Source: Paraphysomonas bandaiensis (taxonomy: Eukaryota; Protista; Chrysophyceae). Taken from it: 64,000 bases of DNA. A model generated the notes under the pieces. It did no database searches and was not told the DNA's origin. It saw only the letters and a program-made list of their open reading frames with translations. Made by a program: the position numbers and the translations under genes. Shown in pieces: positions 14,182 to 28,581 of this stretch. How positions within the stretch are numbered: the stretch's first letter is position 1; every line of letters begins with the position of its first letter. The DNA lies in NCBI GenBank assembly GCA_965644295.1, contig CBFFRP010000091.1, forward strand, positions 1 to 64,000, read 5' to 3'.

Positions 14182-15416
14182 TTTAGGCAAAATATGGTAG
14201 TTAATGTTGAAAATAATAGCTTTTGACCTATGATAGATCGCTACAAGTGCAGTAAATGCGTACAATTATTAGCACGCTGAATATCAATGAATGTCATGTT
14301 GGACACGTACTTATGATTCGCTTAGTGCTTACTTAGCATTATACTTACGAGCTTCCTTGAAAGTGATTAGTTAATGACACAGACATAGATAGTTAGTATG
14401 TCACAATATTTACGTCATACACCGATATAACTAACCAGTATTTAATAGGGGTCTTAGCATATATTTTGAACGTTCAATTTAGTGAACTTTTCGATATCAT
14501 ACGTAGTTGTCATCTTTATCTCATTTTCCATTATAGCCGAGAACTAAATTTCTTAACTGGTCACACAGATTTCGTCTGACCATATGATAATTTACGATTT
14601 CCTATATGTTACATTCTACTTATGACATACTTATATTAACAGTGACTAGAACAAAATATTAGAAGCCTATTATCAGAAGTCTAATAACATCACTGTAGCA
14701 AATATGGTGGTGTATTGATCCAATATGGTCCCTAGGTAGTAAAGAAATAGCTAGAACAGTGAAGTGTTAGTGCGTTACTTCTTAACCTATATTACCTGTT
14801 CATATGAAATGGAAGATAATGCTATCAGCTACTCATGATGTCAGACACTACGAGTAGAGTCATTACGATATCTATGGTGCGCTGTAGGTTACTCATTCCT
14901 TCATATATCTTTCATTTTGAGACGACTACTCGATAAGACACTGTATAGTTACCTTTAATCGATTCTATCGTGATATTAATATTCCCTATCTACTCCTGGA
15001 GGCGATGTCCACAGTGGTGGCTTGATATATGCAGTTGATATCCAGACATCCCAACACAGACCTGCATGACATCGTCCTCAGTGAGTCACATGCTACAGAG
15101 CCGATAATGGGACAAACGGGCCGCATCAACCATTGTTATGAAAGTGGTACAGTACAACTACTGTACAATGAGGGTTATACTGCTGTAGTACCCCGTATAC
15201 AGCCCACATAGCCGTTGGGATTAGTCGTTGGAGTGCAGGAACACACACATATATATACATGCATCCATACATGCCTGCACCTCCCTCATCTCTTGCCTGG
15301 TCGCATCATATTCCTTGCAACACAACATCACCTCACCTCATTTTGATAGCTACATATATACCAACATATACTTCTAATTGCGAGCGGCATTGTCTTCTGT
15401 ACTTGTTCCTACTGCC

Positions 15417-18400
15417 ATGACCTCTGCTAATCGGCAAACTCGCATTCAGCTCCTGATCAAGAATCCTGAAGGAGTCGAAGAGTCGGAGAAGAAGGCTGAA
15501 AAAACACTTTCGCTGAGTGTCAACTACTATCAGAAAGACTTTCCATCTCTTGTTAATGCACTTCAAAGAGATTTTAGGACATCTAAAGAAGATCCTTATT
15601 ACGCCATTGACCAGTTGAAATATAAGAGCCTCAAAGACGGGGCCTTCGTTGTATTCGACGAAAGTAGATTCGAAGAAATCAAAGATGAAGTTTTATCCAC
15701 AGGAAATATTAATGTCATACGCCTAAAAGTATGTCTGTGATGTTATAGTGTCTGCATTTATAACTGTTGAATGCGCAGGCTTATGTGAGGATGACTGAAA
15801 CCGAGCAAGTGTATGCGGGGTGCAAGAAACTCCGCCAGTCAATAGAAAGGCTATCTCATTATGATGAAAACACATCAGACAATACACGAGATTCTACTTT
15901 TTCTGGTAAGTCTACCACACTTACTTATGTAGCGGCCCTATAGTGTGAAATACACAGTGTTTACGTGCATTAAAAGCAGCCTATCTAATAGTAATCGTTA
16001 GGGTCGTCAAGGCGTTGTTCTCCATTACGTCGTGCATCTCCACAGCGACGCTGTTCTCCTCAACGAAGAGGATCTCCTATGTCCCAGCGTCGCTCGTCTA
16101 CTGTTTCAAATGCGGTGTCAGGTACAACAGCAAGTGCTATTGCAGACTCTGGTAGAGCTTCGAGTCGTAAAACTCGTCCTTCAAGCCCTAGACTTCTTCG
16201 CAAACCTTCTCCATCTCGACAGGCTCCGAGTCCGTCGTCAACACGTCCACAATCTCCGGTAAAACATCTTCACACAGCTGTCGTGAGTAATTCGAAGTCT
16301 TCGGTGAAAAGTTCTGGGAAGCAAGCAGCAGCTGGATCCTTGACTCCTGGAGGCTTTATTAACAGGCCTATTCGAACGAAGGACAGAACGTCTCCAACTA
16401 AGACTCCCAAAAAGACTGGAGCTACAGGTATATATATGACCCTCAGGTTGAAGATTGTTATATATATGTCCTGTGGTGCATGACTAAGTGCTTGTAGTAG
16501 AGACTCGCTGAGTTGGTGATAGTATAGTATTCAGTTTATGTATAATAGTTTGCTTATACTATCCACTGTATAATATGCTTATTAACAGAAAGCACTTTGA
16601 AAGCAGAGAGCAGTACATTTCCCGAAGATGGTACTGCTGAAGAGCCCGATGAGATTGCAGCTGCTCTTGACTCTATGTGCCTCACGGACATTTGTATGGA
16701 TGACGAGGAACCAACGTCTAACATTTCTTCTAAAAAACTATTCGAAGATGAAACGGAAGGAATTACTGGTAAAAGTATTGAGGAAGATATTAACCATAAA
16801 AAGGTTGCTGAGGGGGACAATAACTGTAACAATCAAGAGCTAGTCGGTATTTGCGATGAAGTCAGTGATGTATATTCTAGCTGCCCGGCATCTTCTCGCC
16901 CAACTGATGATGATTGTATTTTTGATGACCTTCCTGAGGGTGAAGAACCCCCAGATATGGGACATAATGTGTGGCGAGAGAGTATCGGTTGTGGGAAAAC
17001 TGAGTTACAGGAATATTATCAAGGGACTGGCGACCACAAGGCAACAGAGAATAGTTTAACTGATACAGAAGCTCCTGCTAATAGCATTGTGCCATCCATG
17101 AGCCAAGATGAATCCTCAAATAAGTCTTGCAACGACACGCAGCAGTTCGAATGTGGTACTACTGATTCAACTCCCTCTAAAACTTCTGGAGTTGTCAGTG
17201 CCATGGATGCCGTCGATAGCATGACCACCTCAGGTTTGAAACATCATAAGATATCTTGTCCGTAACAGCTGTAATAAGTGTAGTGGAATGCTAGAAACAC
17301 AATATGTAATACATATTTTAAGTCTAACAGCTCTTCACAGATATAGTTATGTCTGAAGACTTACTGGATCCGGTTACCCCGTCTGAAAAAACTCGTTCTC
17401 GTTCAGCTTCGACAACTAAAAAGCGATCTCCACGTGCGTCACGTCGTGACACATCTGCTACTAAACCTAAATTGGATACTAAGCAGAGAATGAAAGAATT
17501 AGCTTCCACAATGACTTCGTCTTCGTCTGCAGTCAAGGCGTATAAGCCAAGTTACCTTCAGTCTACTAGTTCAAGTAGAGGAGGGATTGATATACCGACG
17601 GCTCAATGCCAGCAAGTATGGCAGAAGAGTCTGCGCTCTGATAATTCAAGTACACTTGATCGTATGAAGAGTCATACCCATCAGTCCAAAGGTCGAAAAG
17701 CGACTAACTCTAGCGTGGGAGCCCTGAAGGCAATGCGCCATGATACGAAAGGGCTGGAAGAAGACGGTCGTCCTTCGTATGCAACCATGACAGCACAGTG
17801 GGAATTTTTGCGAGGGCAGTTTATGGAAAACGACAACGAGAAGCTGGTAAGTTGGAATTACTGAAGCGTGGAATTAGTTAAGACCAATTTAACGTTTTTA
17901 CCCCTATTAGTGTTGCAATGCAACAATATCATATGTTTCTACAGTTTTAGTGTAAATATGACTGTTTAGGAATGGGCTATGGCTGCGAAAGAGGGTGGCG
18001 AGAAAGCATATAAGAAAGCGTTTAAGAAGTCCGAGATGGCTGAAGACCAGTAAGTCATCTCAATATGCTCCATAGTATATATTTCTGGTGTGCTAAATTC
18101 GATATAGGTACTACAAAGCTCTTTATGATATTGATGTTATCCAGTCAAAGCTACAACTCATTCAAGGGAGTGACCTCGCTAGTATACTGAAGGTAGCGTA
18201 GTAAACATACATAATTTCTAGTCTGACATGTGTTCTATAGGAAATGACATCATGTGAATCTACACTTCGTATAAACCCTCATGATCCGGACAGCTGCGCT
18301 ACCGTTAATTTCCGCAAAGAATCATTGCGTGAACTTGTTGAGGGAGACCTGAAAGGAATATGTTGCGTCTCCTTGGATTCCAAGCTTAAAGATATTTATA

Positions 18401-20350
18401 ATGCAGCTGATGCAAATAAAAGTGCGATGCTTGCTAAGACAGTATTAGCGCATCAATATCCAGCGGAACTGTCGGGACTAAAAGAGAGACTCAAGGTAGT
18501 CGCATGAATACTATGCGCACATTGTAGGGTTCTGGAGTTTTCATCTTTTTTGTTGTAATTCTTTATATATACTTGTCAACACAACTTTTAAAAACTATAT
18601 ATTTAGACTGCCACCACAGCCTCAAATGAGTCGCTGGCTGAATTCGAGAAATGGTCTACTCGACTAAAGGAAACTGCACACTACGCTATTGTTCAAGCCG
18701 ACGAAGACGCTGATTGGATGATCAATAATAGTGACAAGAATATAGCTGCCTTGGAGACTATGAGATCTATTATTCCTGTAGGAGTAAGAGAGATGTCTAT
18801 TGATGCGATTCATCAGAGTGTTCAAGAAAAATGCGGTCTTTACACTTCGGAACTTGCAACAGAAATTAAGACCAATAAATTACTGCACTGGATAGTCACT
18901 CATCCTGATGATATCGCAACTTCAAACTTTTTGTCAGGCGAATTTCGACAATATTTTGTTAATCTGGAAGCACTAGATGTAGTAGAAATGAGAGCTTTAC
19001 GGCTCGTGCTACCGGATAAGTTTGAGCCAGATCTAAATGGCCAGAAAGCAGAGTGGCGAGAGCGCTTTATTGGGCGGCTTAAGCAATTAGTTTCTCAAGA
19101 AAACGGCGATTGTGTTAAGGGTGGTTGGGATGCTGAATCTGGGAGACGCCTCCAAGTACAGCTTCCCGCCCTCAAAGAAGAGCAACAACGACGTGCTGTG
19201 TACTACTATAAAACAAATGAAACCATGAAAAAGCGTCTCAAGCAGTACGAAGAAAAGGAAGCACTATTGGCGAAGAAGCAAGAAGCTTTACAGTCTGCCA
19301 TTCAAAAGGAATCTGAATGTCAAGCAGATTACAACGATGTATTAGATGAGATTCGAGATCCTTCACTTAAGGCACAGTTTAGCTCTGAAAAGCTTGCTCA
19401 AGCAAAGACTAATGCGGCGCGTGACTTAAAAAATGCAAGAGAACAAAGAAAATATCTTACTCTTGATGTGGACCGCATTCAGAAAACTATAAGCAATTAT
19501 ACTATATCCAAGGATCAGTTTGTTCGATTTATGGAGCAGCAAGCCGATTTCTTAGCCGAATACGACTGGGTAAATTCTAATGAGTCTATTTTGATCAAAG
19601 GAGTTTTCGACAAGCGCCCTGTAATTGAGAAAACTGTGCGTAGTTCTGCAAAGTTCGCCACTGCTGAACAAGAGGCAATACAACGCAAGTTAGAACTTTC
19701 TAAAATGGCTTCTGGTTCTGGGATTTCTATTGTTTCAGAAGTTAAAGAAGTTCCTACTGATGAAGAAGGAGCCAGTGCTGTTTCTACCGTACCAGTTTCG
19801 GCTATGAAACCTGTTCCTGATGTCGATATGAAGCCTTCTTCAGAGACTGATGTTGATAGTCTACTGCCACCACAACAGCCAACATCAACTCCAAGAAGAG
19901 GAAGTGTATTGGACCGTGTCAATCCTGATATGCTAAAATCTATAAATTCTATGCTGAGCAGCACATCAGAAAGGGCGGATTCAGTACCGATTTATAGAAC
20001 ACCCAGAAAGGATCTCAAGCATCAAGCATCTCAAGAGAAAGATAGTGCTTCTATGTCTTCCTCAGCCTCTATAACCCCATCTGAGCCTCGGAAAGTCAAA
20101 TCAAAGCACTTAAAGGTATGGTGATATACTGTATCATTGTACTAGTTCTGACATTTGAAATCAGCGCGTGTTGGAGTTAGAGTCACCAACAAAGGATGCG
20201 CGAATGACCCCTCGTGCATCTGCCCCCCAGTTATCTTTTCTTGATCAAATCAAGAATAAAGGTAAGAAGCATGCATCCACTAATGACATTGCTTCTACCG
20301 CCCCACCCAACTTTCTCGAAGCCATTCGAAAGCGCAGAATCGAAGAATGA
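15417..20350 (+). CDS. Large multi-exon hypothetical protein (low-complexity middle, coiled coil, C-terminal WH2-like motifs)
   Basis: Chain of + strand ORFs (15378, 16079, 16597, 17349, 18244, 18718, 20168) bounded by GT/AG. Ends LSFLDQIKNK...PNFLEAIRKRRIEE*. Confidence 0.65.
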
Positions 20351-20975
20351 ATTTTGGTTATTATAGTAGAGAAATCTTTTAAACCGTCGTGTTCAGAATT
20401 TGGACTCTAACAGATGCCTTTATGCACTCAGTTATGTTCCTGTTAAAGTTGCCCAACATTTTGTTGGTTAAGGATTACTGTTTATCATGTACCATAAGAC
20501 AGTACGCATAATAGCCAGGAGAGTATCAATTAAGTCAATATATATATATCTATACCTATTTAAACCATATTTTATTAGCTTTTGTTAACATACAACACAA
20601 TTTATAAAGCACATCAGAAAACCGATATGCAAGGGTATAACCGATAAATAGTTGTAAATTTTTCCAACTATTAAGATTCATCTTAATATATGAAAATTAT
20701 ATTGTTTAATGACATATATCACAAACTGAATTAATGAATGTCATTGTCAGTTACAATTCTAACTTCTAACTAATCTGTTGTACGTGATAGTTACGTTCTA
20801 TATTATTAGTCACTTCTTACTTGCTTCAAAAATTGCATTTCTACATGAAGTATCAGTTATCTTTCATTTCCTCCTTTAAATAATGATGACCTTTGTTTTC
20901 AACTCCGGTCCCTGGTTGCTAGTAACAACTCCTATGCACTATGTACGATAGACATCTATGAATAAGTGATATAGA

Positions 20976-21357
20976 ATGTCACTTGTGTAGAAGTCTTTGA
21001 GCCTTGACTAATTAACAAATATAGTTCTGCCCACTCATAGCCAAGCGCTTGTGTGATACAACTTAGGAACACTACTAAGTGTCTCTTGTGTAGACGTCAT
21101 TGGGCCTTTACGAATAAACATGTATCCGGGAATGGGCCCACCTCAAGGGCATCCGGGGTATTGGGCTGCCTGCTGAAGTCAAGCATCCGTGAAGTTCACT
21201 TTGAGGACAGAGAGCGAGAGTGGTTGCATCTTGATGCTTACGGTGACGCAGAAGCAGCTTTCGTAGGGCTAAATAGTAGGATATCAGAGTTACGCAGCAG
21301 TTTGTTAAATGTTTTGCTACATTAGTTCTAACTCTTACACGCCTATTGCTAATAATA
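20976..21357 (+). repeat. Dispersed repeat family A copy
   Basis: CTGCCCACTCATAGCC...GGGAATGGGCCCACC...CTGCTGAAGTCAAGCATCCG...CTCTTACACGCCTATTGCTAATAAT matches 44-46k directly and 63k in reverse. Confidence 0.85.
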
Positions 21358-22437
21358 GAACATCTTTTTTGGTATCACAGGGTTCCCAGAATAATAGTTC
21401 CCAATTATACAATAGTTTCATGACAAGAAATTATGTCATCGGCACATATACCAATAGCTATTAATGAAGCACGGCTGTTTCTTTCATAACATAACACAAG
21501 CAAAAATCCTTATTACTCATAGATTTTCATGTAGTGCTCAGACCAAGCTGTTGAATAATTGCATCACTGGTACATTGATGTCTACGGTATAAAGGAGTTG
21601 TAAATTTGGACTATAGTTGAACATGTAAATCACTACTATAGCTACGACAATTTTGGGGATGCTGGGGGTTATTATTTGCGGAATTGTTCATACATTAAGA
21701 GAACTGTACTAATCAGTGTTGTTATTTCTTATATTTTACAGTTGTACGGAAGAAGACAAGCCCGTATGTTTGATTTTATATTCACTTGAGTAGCACCGCG
21801 CAGAGCTATCCGGCCATGTAGCAACATGCGATTCTATTGTAACGGCGCGAATCGAGAGATCGACTGCTGCAACATACCATCTTGCGTCTCCTTATAGGAT
21901 GATGCGATACGCTGATAGCGGCTTGTTTATGTAAGGCTTGTTTATATACACACTATCAGGCCATGAGCGATGGTCTTGCCTTAGACTACTCTGATATCGC
22001 GACTGTAGGGTTGAGGTGCTCTGCAGCAATCACCATTGAGGCGTCCTGTCACTGGTGTTATAATACTGCAGCTATTAGCCACACGGACACTCTTTATGGG
22101 GCCACATGTGCACAGGAGATACGAATATGGTGCATAAGAGCGACTGGCATGCTTCGCTGTGTAGAGTAGAGAGGCAGGCAGATGCATATCTACATGGATC
22201 TACAGATATACAGATACCGTATACCGGTATACCGGATGCGTATCCGAATCACGAGGATGTGGGTGCATACACCAGCAGTATATACAACAGGAGTATACAT
22301 AATACTGCAGTGTATTTCCTGTAGCTACACACCAGTGCACGGTGTATCTTGACTTGACAGAGTAGCTTATAACACTGCACTGCACTGCACTGCACATCCA
22401 CTGCAACCTCATCTCAGTAACCAAACTAGCACTATCC

Positions 22438-24721
22438 ATGTTTTCAAGAAGCGCAAGAACACCTCTATCAGAACGCACAGTGGGTGTGGTTGAGAGGAAG
22501 GAGGGGCTCTGTCAGCCAGGGCTCAACTTAATGTCAGTGGGAAGAGAGACATACCTCTTCGATGAAGATGGAAGAGTTGTGCATGAGTGGACCAGCGACA
22601 GGGTTGTTTTTTGTAGCTACCTTCTACCGAATGGAAATCTTCTTAGGGATGGTTCAGAGAATATCATTGCTGTGGGGTTTCGCACAGGTGGAGCGGCTGG
22701 GTTTATAGAAGAGGTAACATGGGAAGGAGAGCGTGTATGGTCTTTTAATCACTACCCCATTGCATCATATCTAACACACCACGCGCTTTGCCCCCTTCCT
22801 AATGGTAATATCTTGATGCTCTCTTGGGAGCGGAAGACCAAAGAAGAGGCCATTAAAGCTGGGCGTCGACCGGAGCTTATCCCTGATGGTGAAGTTTGGG
22901 ATAATTTAGTTGTTGAACTGCGCCCCAACGGCTCTGGGGGAGCAGATATTGTGTGGAAATGGAGTGTTTGGGATCACTTAATTCAAGATTATGACCCTTC
23001 AAAGGATAACTATGGAGTTGTGGCTGATCATCCGGAAAGATATGACATAAACTTTTGTCCACCTCTAGGTACACCTTTAGTTGTTACTATCTAGCACACG
23101 TTTTGCATGCATGCATTTTTCAATTATATTATTAAACTTATAATGGGGATAGGAAAAGCTGGTTCAAGAGACCAAACATTTTTAAAACAGGGCAACGAGA
23201 ATAAATCATCTGTTTTTGGTAAACCGGCAACCGGAGAGCGTGATTGGCTGCATGTAAATTCCGTGTCGTACGATGAGCAAAGAGATCAGATAATACTCAG
23301 CTTCAATGTGCCGAGCGAGATTATAGTAATTGATCATAGTACAACTATGGTGAGTTATTGTGTTTTTTCGTAGGCAGTGTTGCTAGGCAGTGTTTCCGCT
23401 ATCCGTGGGTATTGCAGTTGCCTCGTGTCTAAACCTGCGTGCCCATTTGTGCTACCATATTGTATAATGTGCTCAACATATTAGGTCATAGATTTCGGTT
23501 TCGTGTTCCATTTGGTGCCTTTTGGATATGTCTTTCGAGAAATGTAACGTTGACTCTTTGTGTTGCCTGCAGGAGGAAAGTGCTTCGGAAAGTGGTGGGA
23601 AAAGTGGTAAGGGCGGTTCCATACTGTACAGGTAGCTGATTAATTGAACACTCAATGCTTGTGATCTGTTCTTTACAGTGTACATATGCCGTTTGATTGC
23701 CTTTGAATACAGTATATATTTCAAATGTATAGTCACACTTGTTAATGCAGATGGGGCAACCCTCAGGCGTACAGAATGGGAAGTAGGCTTGATCAGAGGC
23801 TCTTTTGTCAACATTCTGTGCATTTTATAAGAAATGTTCCTGGGGACGGCAATATTATTCTTTTCAACAACGGAAGGTGGGGTTTTGTTTCCGTTTGCTT
23901 TCATTTATCACTACGTATTCGACCACAGGTATCCGGACCGACACTGGTCAACAGTTGATGAGCTTGTTCTCCCAGAAACCTATCATAATTCTGGAGAATA
24001 TGTGTACAATGGACAATGTAAAGGGCTTCAGCCATATGGCCCCAGTGAACCTGTGTGGTCCTATGGGGACAGGGTTGGAAGGAAAGACTCTTTTTACTGC
24101 ACACATATTTCCAGCTGTCAGAGGTTAAGCAACGGGAACACGCTTAGTAAGTATTCACGATTTCAATAATACTATAGTATATATATATATGTTGCTCTGC
24201 TGTACGTAGCATCTAGGTAGGCCACCAAGAGTTTATGTCTAATCATCACGTAGTTACCCAAGGACCACAAGGAATAGTGTTTGAAGTTACCCCCCATGGC
24301 GAGGAAGTGTGGAGGTATCGTTTAGTCAACACTATTATTGATGTATTTTCGTGTTACATTTCACAGGTACATCAGTCCAGTGGTGAGCCATGTTGAAGGG
24401 AGCGGGTCCGCCGTTTGTTTCCTTCGTCAGGGCGATACTAATTTGTCTGATATTGGCAGAAGATCACTGTTTATGTGAGTTGATATGTATACAGAGCTTA
24501 TCATACATGTGGCGTATATACGGAATGCACTGTATTAGATTGCATTTAGACTTTCATGGTGAAGTCGTTGCGAAAATGAAAGATATATATTGGGTTTTCT
24601 GCGATGACCCCATTATCACGTGCCATACTAATATTGGGTGTGTAGTGTCCAACGTTATGACCTTGACTATGCGGCATTCGTCGGTCGTGAGATAGTGCCA
24701 TTACGATACTTGGAAGCTTAA
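22438..24721 (+). CDS. Arylsulfotransferase (ASST-like beta-propeller), multi-exon
   Basis: Motifs YLLPNGNLLR, THHAL..LPNGNIL, DWLHVNSVSYD, QHSVHF, ILFNNG, SSCQRLSNGNTL, EVTPHGEEVW. Last exon ends LRYLEA* at 24719-24721. Confidence 0.8.
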
Positions 24722-25378
24722 AGTTTATTACTAGACGCAGGATCTATTCGATCGAATTCGTGGTCTAAAACATTGCTCTAAACGTTGGTAAGACAGCAGA
24801 ATGGAAGTTATGTTGAAGATTGGTCGATAATAAAGTAGGCGCTAAAATCAAATGATCATAGTTCTACAGAGTGTATTAATACCGCACAATGCCTACAACT
24901 TATAAATCTATATGGATATGTATTGATCGTAAATAATTGAATTGCTATATGAATATTCTTTTTTATTTATTAACTCGCGCAACACTGCACATAACGTAAC
25001 TCTCACTATTTTTTACTCTCCGACAAGTGCTGCATTTAGCTACATGGATTTAGTTACGACATGGTTGAGTTAGCTACATGGATACACCATGAGTTGAATC
25101 ATACTCAGTAGTAGGATTGCGTAACAATTAATTCGTGAGAGGTATCCAACAATAATAATTTCAATCAATATTTATCCAAGCGTCTAATTCATATTAGATA
25201 TTGCACTTAATCGCTTTCAATTCTATTTCTGGCTTTTCAAAGAATAGCTCTTTGGGCGGCAATCTTATCCCAAAGATGTCGACTAGCATGGAGAAACATC
25301 AACATTTCAAGGTATCTAGGTGCCATTCGATTGCAAAATTGTCATAACACTTTTTATAAGTAAACGAATGATAGCCTC

Positions 25379-25606
25379 TTATTCCTCATCATCTCCTTTC
25401 ATTGCATCGATCTCACCTTCGTCTGCAGCTTGAGCCTTGTAACTCCGACCCGCATGAAACTTGGAGTGGTTTGCAAATTGCGTCCACCCTGATCCATCCT
25501 TGGACTTCAATTGGCCCTTCCCGTAGGACTGCCATACACTACCCCGTTGGTAGTTCCTCCTGTAGTTCAAAAATACTCGCGAAATTCGTTCTTTTGATGT
25601 AATCCT
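25379..25606 (-). CDS. Possible terminal exon of a small hypothetical protein
   Basis: Open frame ITSKERISRVFLNYRRNYQRGSVWQSYGKGQLKSKDGSGWTQFANHSKFHAG...DDEE* looks coding against AT-rich flanks. First exon not identified. Confidence 0.3.
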   Translation of the reverse strand, partial: RITSKERISRVFLNYRRNYQRGSVWQSYGKGQLKSKDGSGWTQFANHSKFHAGRSYKAQAADEGEIDAMKGDDEE

Positions 25607-26203
25607 CATGAGTAATGCAACAATACATAAGGTTAAAGTGTATACTGACCCCTTTACTGTCACGCAATTATAAAGTGACTGTGCACATACAATTATAATA
25701 CGTACCAATAATCAGTGGCTGTATATCTTTATATAATTAAGCTAGCCAATATATAATAACAATAACTGCAATTAGTATTTTCTAAACAATTAATTTAACA
25801 ATTGCCAATTGTTACCCAAGCCTGCTCAGTAATGGTGTAGTTGTAGTGCTCAATACCTAACGTTACAGGGCTCTACGGTTACCGCATGCATTTATATACT
25901 TAAGACTATATATCTATATATATGTTTAATTTAACACTACATATAAGATTGAAAAAAATTTCCGGCGATTGTATATCTTACATTACTGCTACTCTTCCCT
26001 TGAAATGACTCATTCAGTTTATATACATGAAAACACACAGAGAGTGCTAGCAAGAACTTCATCAATATATATGAAACTACTATTAATAGCTGATAGTACA
26101 GCTTTCAACATCCACTGTGTTTCAGGTATCAGTTATCAAGCTCTTTATTAAAAAGTTCGGTGCAAACTATTTGTTCGAATTTACCTATCGCGATACATAG
26201 CTA

Positions 26204-27999
26204 CTAAAACACTGCGCTATCTTCTTCCAAAAAATATCCTTCGGGTCCTCCGCTGCTGTTGAACGACTTTTTATTCGATCTACTACTCATGCTATCAGAA
26301 TACCCATCCACAATGGAATCTAATGACTTTCGGCCATAAACGCTACCATCCAGCTCCAATGCATCCTCACCAAGTCGCTTCCCCACATCGCGAAGGCGTA
26401 GGATGGGGATGCTATATAAACAGCAAGCTAATCCCAGAACAAAGCACGCGACAGTAAAACCTCGTGTTCCTGTGAAAAGAGAAAATTGAGGATTGAACTT
26501 TATCGCAAGATCCATTCATCACAAGTATTACTCACTCAGGCTTCTGAAAATAAGAAACGGGTATTAACATATCTTACCTCCACCGCTTGCAACCTGCAAA
26601 CCTGGCCCCAATATAGGCCCTATCGCAAGTCCCACATATATACTCAGCTCGTATATGGTACATGAGTTGGATGATATCTCAAAGCCTTGCCACTACAAAA
26701 TAAATTTCATGAATAGGTTGTATACGGATGTTGTACGAGCCATACAGCAGTGTCACCAAAACAATATATACAAAACTATTTTACCTCAGCTATCTCTGCT
26801 ACCAATGTTAACACTGGAGCTTGCATACACATGAGCCCAATTCCTATACAACCGACCAGTACAGCCAGCACATAAACGCTTATTACCCAAACCACGCAGC
26901 ACATAGCCAGGCCCGTTACAATAACACCCGAATACATTAAAGTTCGACTTCGTGAAGGGAACTTCGAGCTTCGGAGTTGAAGAGTGTACTTCGAAGATGA
27001 TGTCTGACCAGTAATTGGTGAAACTATTACTCCTGCCAGGTAAAGCAGACCGACCAACCCTCCCTGTACTGTGATACTGTATCCGAATTGCCGACGTATG
27101 TATACTACCCCATAAGGACACACAAACCCTAGTATTATGCCTGTTAAAATGCAACACCCTACAGTTATCAATATATAGGAATTGCTTAACAAATCGCATA
27201 TAGATTGATTGGCTTTGGAGGCAAATCGCCATTCCGAAGGAAGTAGCCTTGAAGATACACTCTCACTCTCAATTTCCACTTCGTCTTCAACTTCGCTCAC
27301 TAGTATAGCGTGCCCATTGTTGTAAACCGTCATAAAAACCAAGGTATCCATTATCAATGGTACTAATAGTAGAGCATAGCAAGTATACGGGTTCGTATAG
27401 TCATATAATGCCCCTGATGCTGGTGCCCCAATCAATATCCCTAGCGTGGACGCTAATGATATGATGTACACCGCACGTAATCTACAGGACTCAACGTGAG
27501 ACATTGTGTTCAGAGCCATTCCACTAACATATACAAACGGCGACGCCAGTCCGTGCATACACTGCGCTACACACATGAACACATAGGCAACCGATATATC
27601 ACTCAGAGTTAGACCATATATTACACACCCAAGAGATATCGACAGCAGAAGTAATCCGTAAAGTAACGGAGTTTTCGGGCCCTGATTATCAACTGCACAT
27701 ACTGCTGCAGGGTATGACACTAAACATACTACAGGATGTAATGCAAACAGCAATCCAATGCCCATGGGTCCGAATTCGGCGTCAAAAAAATTGGGAAACA
27801 CAGGAATGCAAGATGTGAGAAAGAATCCATCGACGAAATAAGCGAGGCACACGATGAAGAGAATGTGGCAGTTCAAATATTTGTCTGATTCATTTAAAGG
27901 TACACTTTGAACATGCAGGTATGCCTCTGAGTAACGCGATAGGCTGCGCGTGTGCCGGACAGCCAGCTCCGCACCATCTTGAGAGGTATATCTCAGCAT
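26204..27999 (-). CDS. Major facilitator superfamily transporter, multi-exon
   Basis: 407-aa ORF with about 10 hydrophobic helices and MFS-like motifs (IGLLFA, GILIGAPASGALYD). Further exons (YVGLAIGPILGPGL; GFTVACFVLGLACCLYSIP) end at 26204. Start tentative. Confidence 0.8.
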
Positions 28000-28581
28000 A
28001 CCTACCAGTTAAGTTACCCAATTGAAGTGATATACAGACTCTACTGAAAGACAGGAGTAGAGATATCGGAACTAGTCATGTTTCCTTGAGATTATTCTCC
28101 TGAGTGTGTCGGAATGCCAGTGGAGCGGATACCGCATCACATAAAGTTGCCATCCCACATCCGACTCTTATGGCACTGTACACAGCGCTGTATATTATTG
28201 TATATGGTATACTGTACTGTACTCTGCTGTACTGTACGTATACTGCTGGAACGAAGAGTAGCCCATGTCTATACGTAACAGCAGTATACAGTACCATGGT
28301 ATACTTGCGTATTTGATGTATACAACATTTGCTTTGGAGATTCTCGTTTTTTTCTCTGCTATTTCTGGCTTCACTCGTACAGCACATGTACACGCACATG
28401 CACATGGGTATGGGTAGTACCAGTATGTACGTCTGCACTGCTCTGTGCGGAGTGGATATCTTCTCATCGCTCACGTCGCTCACATCTCAACCCTCTGACA
28501 GACAAGATTCAGATATACACCTGCAACAAGTGATCAGGAAGTGTTGACCAGAGAGTTACCTTAATCTACGAATACAGTATC

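Noticed and set aside
25036-25083. Direct repeat TTAGCTACATGGAT x2
   Set aside because: Isolated 14-bp local duplication with no associated structure.
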